A stretch of 58,253 bases of DNA from Candidatus Latescibacterota bacterium (GTDB lineage Bacteria > Latescibacterota > UBA2968 > UBA8231), in assembly GCA_965205655.1 (NCBI GenBank), contig CBDBIJ010000135.1, positions 1 to 58,253 of the forward strand, in the 5' to 3' direction. The notes beneath the pieces were generated by a model, which was not told the origin of the DNA, ran no database searches, and saw only the letters and a program-made list of their open reading frames with translations. A program made the position numbers and the translations under genes. Positions 1-10,847 of this stretch are shown one piece after another (the first letter of the stretch is position 1; every line of letters begins with the position of its first letter).

Positions 1-1026
1 TTGACCTCGGGCACGATCGAGGTGAAACGCCCTCGGGTGCGGGGTCTGGAAGAGCGATTTGAGAGTGCGGTACTGCCGCTGTTCGCCCGGCGCACCCAAG
101 AAACAGGTCAGCTGCTGCCAGAGCTCTACCTGCACGGTTTGTCTCAGGGCGACTTCGAGCTGGCGCTGCGCGGCCTGCTGGGCAAGGGAGCGCCTTTGTC
201 GGCGTCCTCGATCGCTCGTTTGCGTGAGAAGTGGATCGTCGAATACAACGCCTGGCGCAGCCGACGACTGGATGACCGCGAGCTCGTCTACGCCTGGGCG
301 GACGGGATCTACGTCAAAGCCGGTCTTGAGAAGCAAAAAGCCGCTCTCCTGGTGGTCATCGGCGCGATGAGCGATGGGCGCAAAGAAGTCCTGACGATTG
401 TCCCGGGCTATCGCGAATCGACAGAGTCGTGGGCGGGCGTACTGCGCGATCTGCGTGACCGCGGACTGAGCGTGGCGAAGTTGTTGGTGGCGGATGGGCA
501 CCTGGGTATCTGGGCGGCCCTGGCAGAGGTCTGGCCGGAGACGGCTGAACAGCGATGCTGGAATCACCGCATCCTGAACGTGCTGGATAAGCTGCCAAAA
601 CGCGTGCAGGTCGAAGGGCGGCACCTGCTGACACAGATCCCGTACGCGCCGACCCGTCAGGAAGCGACGAAACGTCGCGATCAATTCGCCAAACGGTTTC
701 GCCGCGAGTGTCCAGACGCCGTCGATATCCTTGAGCGCGATTGGGACCGTATGGTGACATTCTACGACTTTCCCGAGGCCCACTGGCAACACCTGCGCAC
801 CACCAACGTCGTTGAAAGTCCCTTCGCTTCGGTACGGTTGCGAACCAATGCGGCCAAACGATACAGGAAGGTGGCCAATGCCACCGCCCTCATTTGGCGG
901 GTACTGATGGTGGCCGGGAAACGATTCCGGCGACTCAATGCACCGCATCTCATGGCTGACGTCTACGCCGGGGAGTGCTACGAAAACGGATCACCCATCG
1001 CGCAAAGGAAGAAGATCGCCGCCTGA
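1..1026 (+). CDS. IS256-family (Mutator) transposase, 5'-partial
   Basis: Motifs YAWADGIY, LLVADG, QRCWNH, LRTTNVVES. Confidence 0.95.
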   Translation: MTSGTIEVKRPRVRGLEERFESAVLPLFARRTQETGQLLPELYLHGLSQGDFELALRGLLGKGAPLSASSIARLREKWIVEYNAWRSRRLDDRELVYAWADGIYVKAGLEKQKAALLVVIGAMSDGRKEVLTIVPGYRESTESWAGVLRDLRDRGLSVAKLLVADGHLGIWAALAEVWPETAEQRCWNHRILNVLDKLPKRVQVEGRHLLTQIPYAPTRQEATKRRDQFAKRFRRECPDAVDILERDWDRMVTFYDFPEAHWQHLRTTNVVESPFASVRLRTNAAKRYRKVANATALIWRVLMVAGKRFRRLNAPHLMADVYAGECYENGSPIAQRKKIAA

Positions 1027-1055
1027 GTCGTTTACACACCATTTGACCCAAGCTC
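1..1055 (+). mobile_element. IS256-family insertion sequence (left end outside window)
   Basis: Mutator-type transposase followed by an IS256-like terminal repeat TTTACACACCATTTGACCCAAGCTC (1031-1055); host sequence resumes at 1056. Confidence 0.88.
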
Positions 1056-1304
1056 ATCAACACGCCGGAGATGTCCAGCGACGAGGGTGTGATCGCGCGG
1101 CTGTTTGTGGAACAGCTGTTGAAGGTAGGCGCGACAATCGTGCTGACGACGAGCCGCACCGATCTGTACGACCGCTACGTGGCGGATGTCTTCTACCTGC
1201 CGGAGGAGGAGGACGCCGGGGTGATTTTGGCGGAGGGCCGGTATTTGAATCGGGAGCTGGTGGAGGCCGGATTGGCGACGCGGTTCGACGACGGGTCGCG
1301 CTGA
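1056..1304 (+). pseudogene. C-terminal fragment of a thermonuclease (SNase-like) gene interrupted by IS256
   Basis: Frame from the IS end reads INTPE...TDLYDRYVADVFY...YLNRELVEAGLA, matching SNase motifs (GI[DN]xPE, DxYGRxLA, NxxLVxxGLA). Confidence 0.75.
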
Positions 1305-1413
1305 AGATTGGACGGGAAGTGTCGGTGTGGCGCTGATCCCGGTCGATTGACAGCTGCTGCGGGTTTCAGGACCTTGCCCGTCTGACACCTGCCACCTATC
1401 AGGAGAAATAGGG

Positions 1414-2203
1414 ATGGGTATACTCGATCGATTTTCGTTGAAGGACAGGGTGGCGCTGATAACGGCGGGCTCCGGGCCCCTGTTCGGGAGTAGTCTGACC
1501 GAGGGACTGGCGGAGGCGGGCGCGACGGTGATCGCGGCGTCGCGGAATCTGGAGGCGAATGAGGCCTACGCGGAGGGGTTGAAGGAGCAGGGCTACGATG
1601 CGTACGGAATGCAGTGCGACATCGCTGATATGGGGTCGATCGATCGCCTGCACGACGAGTTGATCGAACGATTCGGCCGACTGGACGTGCTGGTCAACGC
1701 GGCTGTGACGCGCGACGGACACGCCGGCCGGTTCGAGGAGCAAACGATCGAGACCATGAAGATCGCTGGATCCGGTGATTTTGTGGGGCTGTACCACATC
1801 TGTCAGCGATTCATCCCCGACATGATCGAACAGGGAAGGGGATCGATAATCAACATTTCCAGCATCTACGGCGTCGTGTCGGACGATCCGAACATCTATG
1901 AAGGGACGGACATGGCTCAGCCCGCCTCATACAATTTCGTCCAAGGCCGGCATGATCAACTTTACGCGCTACATCGCCTGTTACTTCGGCAGGCAGGGCG
2001 TGCGCGCGAATTGTATCAGTCCGGGCGGATACTTCGATTACCAACCCGAGCCGTTTGTAGAGCAGTACGAGAAACGGTGCCCCATCGGCCGGATGATGAA
2101 CAACGAGGACGTCAAGGGCGCAGTGGTGTTTCTCGCATCGGATGCGTCGGAATACGTGACGGGGTTGAACCTGATGGTGGACGGAGGATGGGTCTGTCAC
2201 TGA
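1414..2203 (+). CDS. Short-chain dehydrogenase/reductase (SDR), split by a +1 frameshift at ~1941
   Basis: LDVLVNAA, IINISSIYG; removing one C restores YNFVK (YxxxK) and joins the frame with VRANCISPGG...YVTGLNLMVDGG. Confidence 0.9.
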
Positions 2204-2223
2204 GCCTGGAGTTTGAGTGAACG

Positions 2224-3370
2224 ATGAAGATAACCGACATCAAGACCTACACCGGCCCGTGCAACCAATTCCTGATCAAGGTGGAGACGGATTCGGATCT
2301 CTACGGCTGGGGCGAAGCCGGTTTCGGGATTCGGGCCCTCGCCGTCGACGGCGAGGCGCAGCACTTCCGCCAACTGTTGCTGGGCGAGGATCCCATGGCC
2401 ATCGGAGAGCACTGGCAGCGCCTCTATCGGAGTCACTACTTCTGAAGGCGGCCGCGTGCTCGCGGCAGCCATGTCCGGCATCGACATAGCCCTGCACGAT
2501 CTGGCGGGCAAAGCGCTCGGGGTGCCGGTATATCAGCTCCTGGGTGGGAAACAGCGGGATTATGTTCCCTGTTTTGCCACTACCCTGGCATCCACCCTGG
2601 ATCAGCTGATCGCCGATGGACAGTTGCTGATGGATCGCGGTTGGAAGGTGATTCGCACCTGGATCGGCTTCGGTGAGCTCGAGGCCGGAGGGCGATTCGA
2701 ACCGCGGGATTCGATAGCGTTGACCGCTGAATGGCTGACGCGTTTGCGGGAGGCCGTCGGGTCAGAGGCAGTCATCGGTGTCGACTATCACCACCGACTG
2801 ACCGTGGCCGAAGCCGCCTCCTTCTGTCACCGCATGCCTCCGGGAACGCTCGATTTTCTGGAGGAGCCGATCCGCGACGAGACCCCCGAAGCGTACGAAT
2901 CCCTGCGCACCATGGTGGACGTTCCCTTTGCTATCGGCGAGGAGCTTGCCAGCAAGTGGGACTTCCTGCCGTACCTGGAGCGCGGCATCACCAACTTCGC
3001 GCGCCTGGATGTATGTGTCGTGGGTGGTCTTACCGAGGCGGTCAAGATCGCCGCCATGGCGGAGGCCCATTACATCGATCTCATGCCGCACAACCCGTTT
3101 GGTCCACTTTGCACCGCCGCTACGGTCCATCTGGCCGCAGCCGTTCCCAACATGTCGTGGCTGGATATTCGCGAGTCGCCAACCGAGCATGTGGACCGCT
3201 ACGACAAAGCGGTTTACCCGGTGCAGCCAGTGGCGGAGGGTGCCAATATTGTAGTGCCCGACGCGCCGGGTTTGGGCGTGGAGGTGGACGAGTCACTCCT
3301 GAGGCCGCCGTCGGACTTCACCCGGGAGTTTTCCCTGCGCCGCAACGACGGATCGGTCACGAATTGGTAA
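2224..3370 (+). CDS. Mandelate racemase/galactonate dehydratase-family enolase, +1 frameshift at ~2443
   Basis: MKITDIKT, IKVETD..GWGEA, SGIDIALHDLAGKALGVPVYQLLGGK, VDYH, EEP, GEE, PHNP; removing one T gives YFEGGRVL. Confidence 0.9.
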
Positions 3371-3392
3371 TGGACGCAACGGACGAAGGCAG

Positions 3393-4265
3393 ATGAGCGG
3401 ATACTGCAGTCCCTATTCATCCTCGCAGCGCTGGTTGCGGGGAAACCTGCACGGTCATACCTGTTGCAGCGGCTTCATGGATGTCTCCGAAAGCGGTCCC
3501 ATGTTTGCCCGACTGGGGTACGACTTCATGGCCGTCACAGACCACAACAAGGCACCCGACGAAGAGCAGTGGCGCCTCTGGCAGGAGCAGGCCGGCTTGA
3601 TTCTGGTTCCCGGGGAGGAGAACGGAGAGCAGGACCACATTCTCGAGATTGGTGTGCACGAGGTTACACCTACTCCCAGCGAGGACTTCGTCGATCGGGC
3701 GACAGCCTTGCGCCAAGGCGGTGGGTTCGTCGCCGCCTGCCACCCGCAGGCGTACGAACACGGTTCAGCGAACGTCAGCGCAGCGGCAGAGCCGCTGCAC
3801 GCCTTCGAGATCTACAATGGGCTACGGGAGCTGCGAGGCCTAACGGAATCGGCCAACGTCGTGCATTGGGACGAGATGTTGACCGGAGGCAAGCGGATAT
3901 GGGGAATCGCCACGGACGACTTTCATTTCGCATTCACTTCACCGGGGCACGGCTGGGTCTGCGTCCAGGTGCCCGAAGAAAGCGATATCACCTGGTCCTT
4001 GATCGTAGATCAGCTGAAGGCGGGCGCCTTCTTCGCCTCCACATCGCCCCGGTTCACTGAAATTGTATTGGAGGGGAACGAACTACGGGTGGGCGCCGAT
4101 AGCTACGTCGAGCGACTCCAGGTGATAGGTTCCGGCGGTGACAGGCTGCACGATGTGGCAGGCAACAGCATGACCTGGAAATGCGAACCGGGTTTGACCT
4201 ATTTCCGCATCGAAGCGGTGGCCGGTGTCAAACGAGCCTGGAGTCAGCCATTCTTTCCAGCGTAG
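3393..4265 (+). CDS. PHP-fold metallohydrolase (CehA/McbA-like)
   Basis: WLRGNLHGHT, AVTDHN, GEE, CHP, EIYNG, ATDDFH, terminal AWSQPFF. Confidence 0.8.
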   Translation: MSGYCSPYSSSQRWLRGNLHGHTCCSGFMDVSESGPMFARLGYDFMAVTDHNKAPDEEQWRLWQEQAGLILVPGEENGEQDHILEIGVHEVTPTPSEDFVDRATALRQGGGFVAACHPQAYEHGSANVSAAAEPLHAFEIYNGLRELRGLTESANVVHWDEMLTGGKRIWGIATDDFHFAFTSPGHGWVCVQVPEESDITWSLIVDQLKAGAFFASTSPRFTEIVLEGNELRVGADSYVERLQVIGSGGDRLHDVAGNSMTWKCEPGLTYFRIEAVAGVKRAWSQPFFPA

Positions 4266-4290
4266 GTATGCCTGGTATCCGGGAACAAGA

Positions 4291-5181
4291 TCAGTCCTCT
4301 GGATTTTCCCCGATCTGAGCCAGACGCTCTTTGGCCTGCTCGTAGGTAGCATTCGGCAGCGGGCCGGTCATGGCCGTAGCGACATTGGCCTCGAGATGAT
4401 CCGGATCGGCCGTGCCGACGATGGTCGTATGGCAATCTGGATGCGCCATCGTGAATCGCAACATGAACTCGTAGCGGTTCATGTCCTCAGATAATTCCTC
4501 GAGCCGGGCACGACCCCATTTGTCCCAGCTCTCATCGCCACCGTGGTGGCCCTTGGCGACGCCGCCGCGGATGATGATTCCAGCTCCCAGTTCAGCGGCT
4601 TCCCGGATCATATCTTCATGTTTCCGATTCAGGCCTGAATACTGAATCTGAAAGGTGTCGAAAGCGCCCATACGGGCAAAAGCCAGGAGATCCGGTGCGC
4701 CCGACGAGACACCGATGAATCGGGTTTTGCCGGCCTGCCGAATCTCCTGCAAGACCTCGACGAGCCCGCCCTCCTCAACCTCTTCCACAGTCGGATTGTG
4801 CATCTGCAGCAGGTCCACGTGATCGGTCTTCATGCGCTGCAAGCTCTGTTCGATGTTGTTGCGCAACTGTTCAGCCGTCCATATGTGCCGAGGCTCATGT
4901 CTCTCTCCCTCCGGGCCTACATTGCAGCCGCATTTGGTTGCCAGGAAGAAGTCGTCGCGGCGCTGGCTGATGTACTTGCCGATGCGGTCTTCGCTGAGGC
5001 CGTAGTCGGGAGCCGTGTCGATGAAGTTGATGCCTGCATCTAACACGCCATTGAGCACCGATTCGGCCTGCTCCTCGGTGATTCCTTCTCTCACACCACG
5101 CAACTCCATGGCACCAAAGCCGAGTTGAGTCACGTCCAGTTTCGTGCGTCCAAGAGTTTTTCTGGGTAATTCTGTCTGCAT
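4291..5181 (-). CDS. Aldo/keto reductase
   Basis: LGFGAM, GINFIDTAPDYGLSE, ATKCG, SLQRMKTDHVDLLQMH. Confidence 0.93.
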   Translation of the reverse strand: MQTELPRKTLGRTKLDVTQLGFGAMELRGVREGITEEQAESVLNGVLDAGINFIDTAPDYGLSEDRIGKYISQRRDDFFLATKCGCNVGPEGERHEPRHIWTAEQLRNNIEQSLQRMKTDHVDLLQMHNPTVEEVEEGGLVEVLQEIRQAGKTRFIGVSSGAPDLLAFARMGAFDTFQIQYSGLNRKHEDMIREAAELGAGIIIRGGVAKGHHGGDESWDKWGRARLEELSEDMNRYEFMLRFTMAHPDCHTTIVGTADPDHLEANVATAMTGPLPNATYEQAKERLAQIGENPED

Positions 5182-5293
5182 GTTCAGCCTTCCTTCACTC
5201 AGCAGTGTTGGTTAATTACAGTGGTGGCTGCGCCAATGTAGTGATTCGTTTGCTGCCGGCAACGAACGAGGATGGCAGGACCGCGGTGCACGC

Positions 5294-5322
5294 TTGATTC
5301 GCAGCGCTCGTCTGGCCATGCT
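5294..5322 (+). promoter_or_regulatory. Candidate sigma70 promoter for the sulfatase gene
   Basis: TTGATT-N17-CATGCT, 26 bp upstream of the ATG at 5349. Confidence 0.35.
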
Positions 5323-5348
5323 TAGCTCAGTCATCCCAGGGGACCACC

Positions 5349-6840
5349 ATGGCCGAGAGACCCAACCTCCTCTATATCCACTCCGACCAACACAGTGCGT
5401 TCGTGACGGGCTGTTATGGCGACCCTCTGGTGCAGACTCCACATCTCGATGGCCTCGCGGCCCAGGGTGTAGCTCTCGACGCCGTCTACTGCCCGTCGCC
5501 GATCTGCGTACCCTCGCGCATGTCGATGCTCAGCGGCCGGCACCCATTCGAAAACCGGGTCTGGACCAACAGTCACATCCTGAGCTCCGGAATTCCGACG
5601 TTCGCGCACGCCATGGGTGCCGCCGGGTATCGACCGGTGCTCATCGGGCGCATGCACTCGAAGGGCCCGGACCAGCTACACGGCTACGCCGATCGCCTGG
5701 TGGGCGACCACGGCCCGAATCAGGCAGGCGGCGAAGGCGGCGGCGACCGCGGCGAGCTCCAGGGCTGTGCCGGACCGGCGCGCGTCAGTTTGACCAACTC
5801 GGGAGCGGGGCAGAGCTCCTATCAGGTCCACGACGAGGACGTCACCGCTGCAACCGTCGATTACCTCAACAAGCTGGGTGTTATAGAACGCTCCGGCGTC
5901 GGCTACGAGCCCTTCTCGGTCTCGGTCGGTTTTTATGTTGCCTCACCAACCATTCGTCGCCCGCAGAGAGGATTACGATCTCTACGACGGCAAGATGACG
6001 ATGCCGCGCACTCCCCAGCCGTTCACCGATGATCTGCATACCCACATCGCGCAGTGGCGGCGAGCCACCGATACCGTCGAGGTTTCGGATGAGGAAATCC
6101 TGCGGTGCCGCACCGCCTACTGGGCCCTGGTGACCCGCATGGACGCGATGGTCGGTGAGATTCTCGAAGCCTTGCGCCGCAACGAGCTCGCAGACAACAC
6201 CCTCATCGTCTACACGTCCGACCACGGTGAACAGGTGGGCGAGCATGGCCTGTGGTGGAAGCAGACCTTCTACGAAGATTCTGTAAGGGTGCCGGCCATC
6301 CTCTCGTGGCCTGGTCACCTGCCCACGGGCGAGCGCTGCGACCGCGTTGTCAGCTCGCTCGACCTCAACGCCACTATGATCGATGCCCTGCGGGCGCCGC
6401 CGCTGCCGCAGTCGCGCGGACGCAGCCTGCTCGAGCTACTGCGCGACCGCGACGCCGATTGGGACGACGTCGCTTTCTCGGAGTTCTGTCAAGATGGCGC
6501 CGGTGGGGGCGGGCCGTTTCCGGAACACGGCGTGTTCCAGCGCATGGTCCGCCGCGGTGACTGGAAGCTCAACTACTACCACGGCATGCCGTGTCAGCTT
6601 TTCAACCTGGGAGATGACCCGCGCGAGCTCGACGATCGTGCCGACGATGCCGGCAGTCGTCAGATCCGCGACGAGTTGCTGGATCTGGTGTTGCGCGACT
6701 GGGACCCGGAGTTAGTGATGGCGCAGATGGCGGCACAGCGTCGTGACCAGGAGATCCTGAGCGACTGGGGGCGCCAAGTGCAGCCACCCGACCGCTATCG
6801 CTGGCCGCTCTTGACCGGCATGGATTACCTGGATCACTAA
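5349..6840 (+). CDS. Cys-type (FGly) sulfatase, choline-sulfatase-like; +1 frameshift in T-run 5930-5934
   Basis: RPNLLYIHSDQH, CVPSR, GRMH; corrected GFMLPHQP; YTSDHGE, GLWWK. Confidence 0.92.
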
Positions 6841-6881
6841 TCGGGCCAAGCCCGATTCCACGCCCGCGTGTACAAGAATGT

Positions 6882-8069
6882 TCAGAGAACGGGCAACGTC
6901 GTGGGCGCCGATGCTGACAGCACCTCGGGACCGTGTTCAGTGACCAGCACATCCTCTTCCAGCATAAAAAAAGCGCCCTCGGCGAACAGTCCGGGTTCGA
7001 TCGTCAAGACCATCCCTTCCTCCAGAAGCACGTCGTTCTCAAAGCCAATGAAGGGCGGCTCGATGATATCCAACCCCATGGCGTGGCCGATTCCGGTGAC
7101 TCGCTCGGCGTAGTCGGCGTAACCCCGCTCCTGCAATACGGCGTTCGAAGCGCGGACCAAATCAGCGATCGGCACGCCGGGCCTGGTAACCTCGATAGCA
7201 GCTTGCAGGCAATCGTAGATGACGCGGTATATCTCCGAATGCGCGCTGCTGGCCGTTTCCAACGCGAACATGCGGGTGTAGTCGGACCAGTAGCCCCGGT
7301 AGACGCCACCGGCGTCCTGTGTGATGAGCTCACCGGAGGTCAGCACGCGGTCGGTAGGGCGCCTCAGGGTTCGGTCCGAAACCCGGTCGGAGCCGGGAAT
7401 ACAGGGCGCCATGCTGATGGAGCCCGGTAGCTCAGCGCCGCGGTTGAGGTGCTCAACCGCCAGTAGCCGATAGATGTCTCGCTCTGTCATGCCCGGTCTT
7501 ATCGCCGCGAAGAGCTCCTCGTAGGCCTGGTCGGTGATGGCTACGGTCTGGCGGATGAGGTCCACCTCGGCCCCGGATTTGCGGGCCCTCATCTGCCACA
7601 TCATCGGCGAGGCGTCGACGAAGTCGATTTCAGGAAGGTCGCGTTGCAGTTGGCGGAAATCCTCGAAGGGCAGGCGCATCCAGTCCATGCCGCCCAGTTC
7701 CGTGCCGATGCGGCCGCGTCCCAGCTCCAGGTCGCGCACGGCCTGCACGATTGCCTCGACGCCCTGGAGCCTGTGTCCGGCAGGGAAGGTGCGAATGGTC
7801 TCGATCCAGGAGTCCTCAGCGCACATCGAGGCCTCCATGGGCGTGACGATGAGGACCGCGTCACCCTCCGCAGGCAAGAGGGCGAAGATCCCCGTGTACT
7901 TGTGACTCCAACGGTGCGTGACGTGGCCGGTGAAGTAGCGGTGGTTGGATTCAGTGCTCAGCAGTACGGCGTCGATGTCGCGTGCTGCCATGAGCGCCCG
8001 CAAACCTGAGAGCCGGCGCTGGTATTCCGCCGCAGGAAACTCGGCTGTTGTGTCAGAACTCTCGTTCAT
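6882..8069 (-). CDS. Xaa-Pro peptidase family (M24) protein
   Basis: Start reassigned to MNESSDTT (8069); creatinase-like N-domain; DAGGVYRGYWSDYTR, GHAMGL, TIEPG, LEEDVLVT. Confidence 0.9.
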   Translation of the reverse strand: MNESSDTTAEFPAAEYQRRLSGLRALMAARDIDAVLLSTESNHRYFTGHVTHRWSHKYTGIFALLPAEGDAVLIVTPMEASMCAEDSWIETIRTFPAGHRLQGVEAIVQAVRDLELGRGRIGTELGGMDWMRLPFEDFRQLQRDLPEIDFVDASPMMWQMRARKSGAEVDLIRQTVAITDQAYEELFAAIRPGMTERDIYRLLAVEHLNRGAELPGSISMAPCIPGSDRVSDRTLRRPTDRVLTSGELITQDAGGVYRGYWSDYTRMFALETASSAHSEIYRVIYDCLQAAIEVTRPGVPIADLVRASNAVLQERGYADYAERVTGIGHAMGLDIIEPPFIGFENDVLLEEGMVLTIEPGLFAEGAFFMLEEDVLVTEHGPEVLSASAPTTLPVL

Positions 8070-8082
8070 TGTGGGCGCTCGC

Positions 8083-9012
8083 TTACTGCGCCCGCTGCGC
8101 CTCTGCCCAGGCCTTGAGCGGGATGTTCTCGTCAGTCGGGCGCCAGTAGAGCGAGACCGGATGCACCTCGGGATCGTCGCCCGTGTGGTTGCGCAGATCC
8201 GTTGCCATTTCGCCGAGAAGCTGTCGCTGCACGGGGTTGCAGCGCTTGAGCACCTCCGCCGGCTGGCGGTCGTAGTCCGACGGCCGCATCCAGCGCTGGT
8301 GATAGCCGTAGTAGAGGCACCGCCGGGTTTGGCCCGACAGGTTCGGTCGCAGAGCGTGGAGGAGCTGCGAGCGCCACACGAGAGCGGCGCCGGGGCGCAC
8401 GTTGACGGCGACGACGTGTGCGGGATCGATGTCGCGGCGGCCGTCTGCGTCCATGGGTTGGGTGGACATGTGACTGCCGCGGACGAAGCAGATCTCGCCA
8501 CTGTTGGGCCGTGACAGATCGGTCAGGTAGTAACCGACCTTCATTTCCATGAACGGCTGGAGACCGTTGACGCGCGGCCAGCCGAAGTCCGGCTCGTCCG
8601 AGTGCCAGGGGAACCAACCATCCGCTGCGCCCAGCGGCACCTCTGCCAGGTTCGATGACTGCGGCGGACGCACATCGGCGTGGGATGTCCGCAGCTGCAC
8701 GTTGGTCCCCATCAGATCGACGACGATCGGCAGAATGCGCGGGTGGTCGACCATGCCAAGGAACACGGGGTCCATGGAGACGATGTTGCGCATCTGGAAG
8801 GGCTCGTCGTCGGCCAGCTCACGCTCCCGCCGGTAGTGTGCGTAGCGCTCGTCGACGAGGTCGCGGAGTTCCTCGACTTCAGCCGCCGACAGGGCGTCCT
8901 CGATCATGAAGAAACCGTCCTCGTCGAAGCGGCGACGCTGGTTGTCGGTCAGCGCCAGAGGAGGAAGCGCGTCAGCTTCGGGGCGGTGCGGGGTGAGCGA
9001 TGTGGTGGCCAT
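8083..9012 (-). CDS. Phytanoyl-CoA dioxygenase (PhyH) family protein
   Basis: RFDEDGF, WHSD, VRGSH, distal His in LLHA. Confidence 0.9.
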   Translation of the reverse strand: MATTSLTPHRPEADALPPLALTDNQRRRFDEDGFFMIEDALSAAEVEELRDLVDERYAHYRRERELADDEPFQMRNIVSMDPVFLGMVDHPRILPIVVDLMGTNVQLRTSHADVRPPQSSNLAEVPLGAADGWFPWHSDEPDFGWPRVNGLQPFMEMKVGYYLTDLSRPNSGEICFVRGSHMSTQPMDADGRRDIDPAHVVAVNVRPGAALVWRSQLLHALRPNLSGQTRRCLYYGYHQRWMRPSDYDRQPAEVLKRCNPVQRQLLGEMATDLRNHTGDDPEVHPVSLYWRPTDENIPLKAWAEAQRAQ

Positions 9013-9419
9013 GACGGGGATCCTAACTCGTGAGTTGCTTCAGGCCGCTGGCCGGCCGGCGCGGGTAATTTTCAACACCACCGGATTTGGCTATTGAGAA
9101 TTGTTGTAGAGCCGTTGGCCACGCATGGCGGAAATGTGCAATCCACTTTCATCCTGGCTCCAGCGAAGTTGGGGATCGACATCGGGTTGATATTCCAGTA
9201 CCCGTCCGCTCTGGCCGAGAACCTCAATCTCGGACTGATCCGTGGCCTGAACCTGGGTTAACGTAAAATTCAACCGCTTGCCTTTGGGCCAATCGGTTTG
9301 GGTGATAATGGCGTAAACGGTGTCTGCCTCGTTGGACTGGGTGTACCAAATGTTGTCCTCACGGATAATATGCCAGGGGCGAATCTGATAAACCGCCTCG
9401 TGGTTGACAAAGTTCCACA

Positions 9420-10847
9420 GGTCAAGGCCCAGTTTCAGTTGAAACAAATCACAGGCTTGGGTGAGTGTGTCAGCCCATCATCGCGAGCTGTTTGATGCCG
9501 AGTTCGGCTTGTATGGCTTGCCGGAGCATCGGCAGATGGCGATAGCCCTTGACCCTGCGCAGACGTGGTTCGATGTCGAGCAGTGCCGTGGCTACCCAAC
9601 GGTGACGCTGTGATGAGTTGGTCCAGCGTCGCACGTTGTGTGTGAGCTGCTCCAGGAGACTGTTGACGTTCTCGATGCAGTTGGTGGTGCGGAAGGAATC
9701 CTTGAGCATCGGCGTCAGTCCCAACCGATGGAGTGTGAGGGTCTCTTCCATGCCTTCCTCGAGGCTGTGTAGGGCGGACTGATTCATCAACTTCAAGCCC
9801 GGTTTGAGCGCGTCCAGTGCCGCCTTGGCCGCCTCGTATCTCGGTTTGCCGTAGGCCGCCTCCATCTTGCGACCCATACCGGACTGCTCGCTTTTGGACA
9901 GATACGACACGACGTTCTGGCGCTTGTGATACTGGCAGCGCTGCACGCAGGCATGTCCTTTGAGCACCGACATCACCGCCTTGTAAAGCCCCTTGGCGCC
10001 GTCGATGACGACCAACAGTCCGGCTTCGTACTGCATACCGCGTTCGACCAGATCGGACAGGAAGCGACGGCAGACGCGCTCGTTTTCCGTGGCCGCCTGC
10101 ACGAAGCCAAGAGGAATCTTCTGTCCGTCGAGGGTGACGCCCAGGGCGATGATGATCTCCTCGTCCGCGAAGCTCTTGCCGTCGAGGAATAGCGTCACCA
10201 GATCATATCCTTCCAGGGATCGCTCCTGGAATTCAGCCAGCTTTCGAGCCGTGCCTTTCACGTAACGACAGGACACCGATGAGGATGACAGACCAAAGGC
10301 CTCGGGTACGGCCTCAGCGCAGGCCTCGTAGTTGCGCGTGGCGATGCCCTTCAGCATCCGCAACAGCAGACCTTCGTCCATCTGTCGAGGCGTCTGCAGT
10401 GCCTGGTAAACATCCAGCGGGACCTCGGTATGGTTGGCCACGTTGCGCACCCGCGGCACATCGACGGGTAGTTTCTGGTCGGCCAGGTACACCGACCCGA
10501 GCTGAGACCCCCAGCGGCGTAACGGCTGATCCGACCCCTTGCGCTGATACCGCGGCCCAGCCAACTCAACGACCGCTCTTTGCAGCTCCTCCGCGACCGC
10601 CTGCAGCCCCAAGGGAATCAGCCATTGGATCGCCTCGATCCGGCCATCCAGGTCCTCTACTTGCTCTGCAGTCTCGGGTGCTACCTTGCCGATGCTCACC
10701 GTTCGTTTGACGCCCTTCTTCCGTGCTACTAGCTTGCTCATTGCGGGCTCCTTTTGTTACCGATGCGAGACTTCTTCCAACGGGCTTCTCGTATCAAAAC
10801 GTAACGATTGGAGCCTGTGCTGTTTCAACTAAGATCGGGACAAAGCG
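9420..10847 (-). mobile_element. IS256-family element, complete, with 8-bp target duplication GTTCCACA
   Basis: TSD at 9412-9419 and 10848-10855; imperfect terminal IRs sharing the AGTTGAAAC core plus a CACAGGCT subterminal segment. Confidence 0.93.
9470..10741 (-). CDS. IS256-family transposase
   Basis: LFLDGKSF, VVIDGAKGL, VQRCQYHK, FRTTNCIE. Confidence 0.95.
   Translation of the reverse strand: MSKLVARKKGVKRTVSIGKVAPETAEQVEDLDGRIEAIQWLIPLGLQAVAEELQRAVVELAGPRYQRKGSDQPLRRWGSQLGSVYLADQKLPVDVPRVRNVANHTEVPLDVYQALQTPRQMDEGLLLRMLKGIATRNYEACAEAVPEAFGLSSSSVSCRYVKGTARKLAEFQERSLEGYDLVTLFLDGKSFADEEIIIALGVTLDGQKIPLGFVQAATENERVCRRFLSDLVERGMQYEAGLLVVIDGAKGLYKAVMSVLKGHACVQRCQYHKRQNVVSYLSKSEQSGMGRKMEAAYGKPRYEAAKAALDALKPGLKLMNQSALHSLEEGMEETLTLHRLGLTPMLKDSFRTTNCIENVNSLLEQLTHNVRRWTNSSQRHRWVATALLDIEPRLRRVKGYRHLPMLRQAIQAELGIKQLAMMG

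Noticed and set aside
1930..5940. Programmed ribosomal frameshifting in the SDR, enolase and sulfatase genes
   Set aside because: No slippery heptamer or stimulatory structure; single extra bases fit error or mutation, unlike the IS630 A8 site.
6882..8501. 539-aa extended M24 peptidase, and other track ORFs with long N-terminal extensions (44136-45368, 17295-18458, 26695-28341)
   Set aside because: The extensions overlap neighbouring genes or promoters; downstream starts match family N-termini.
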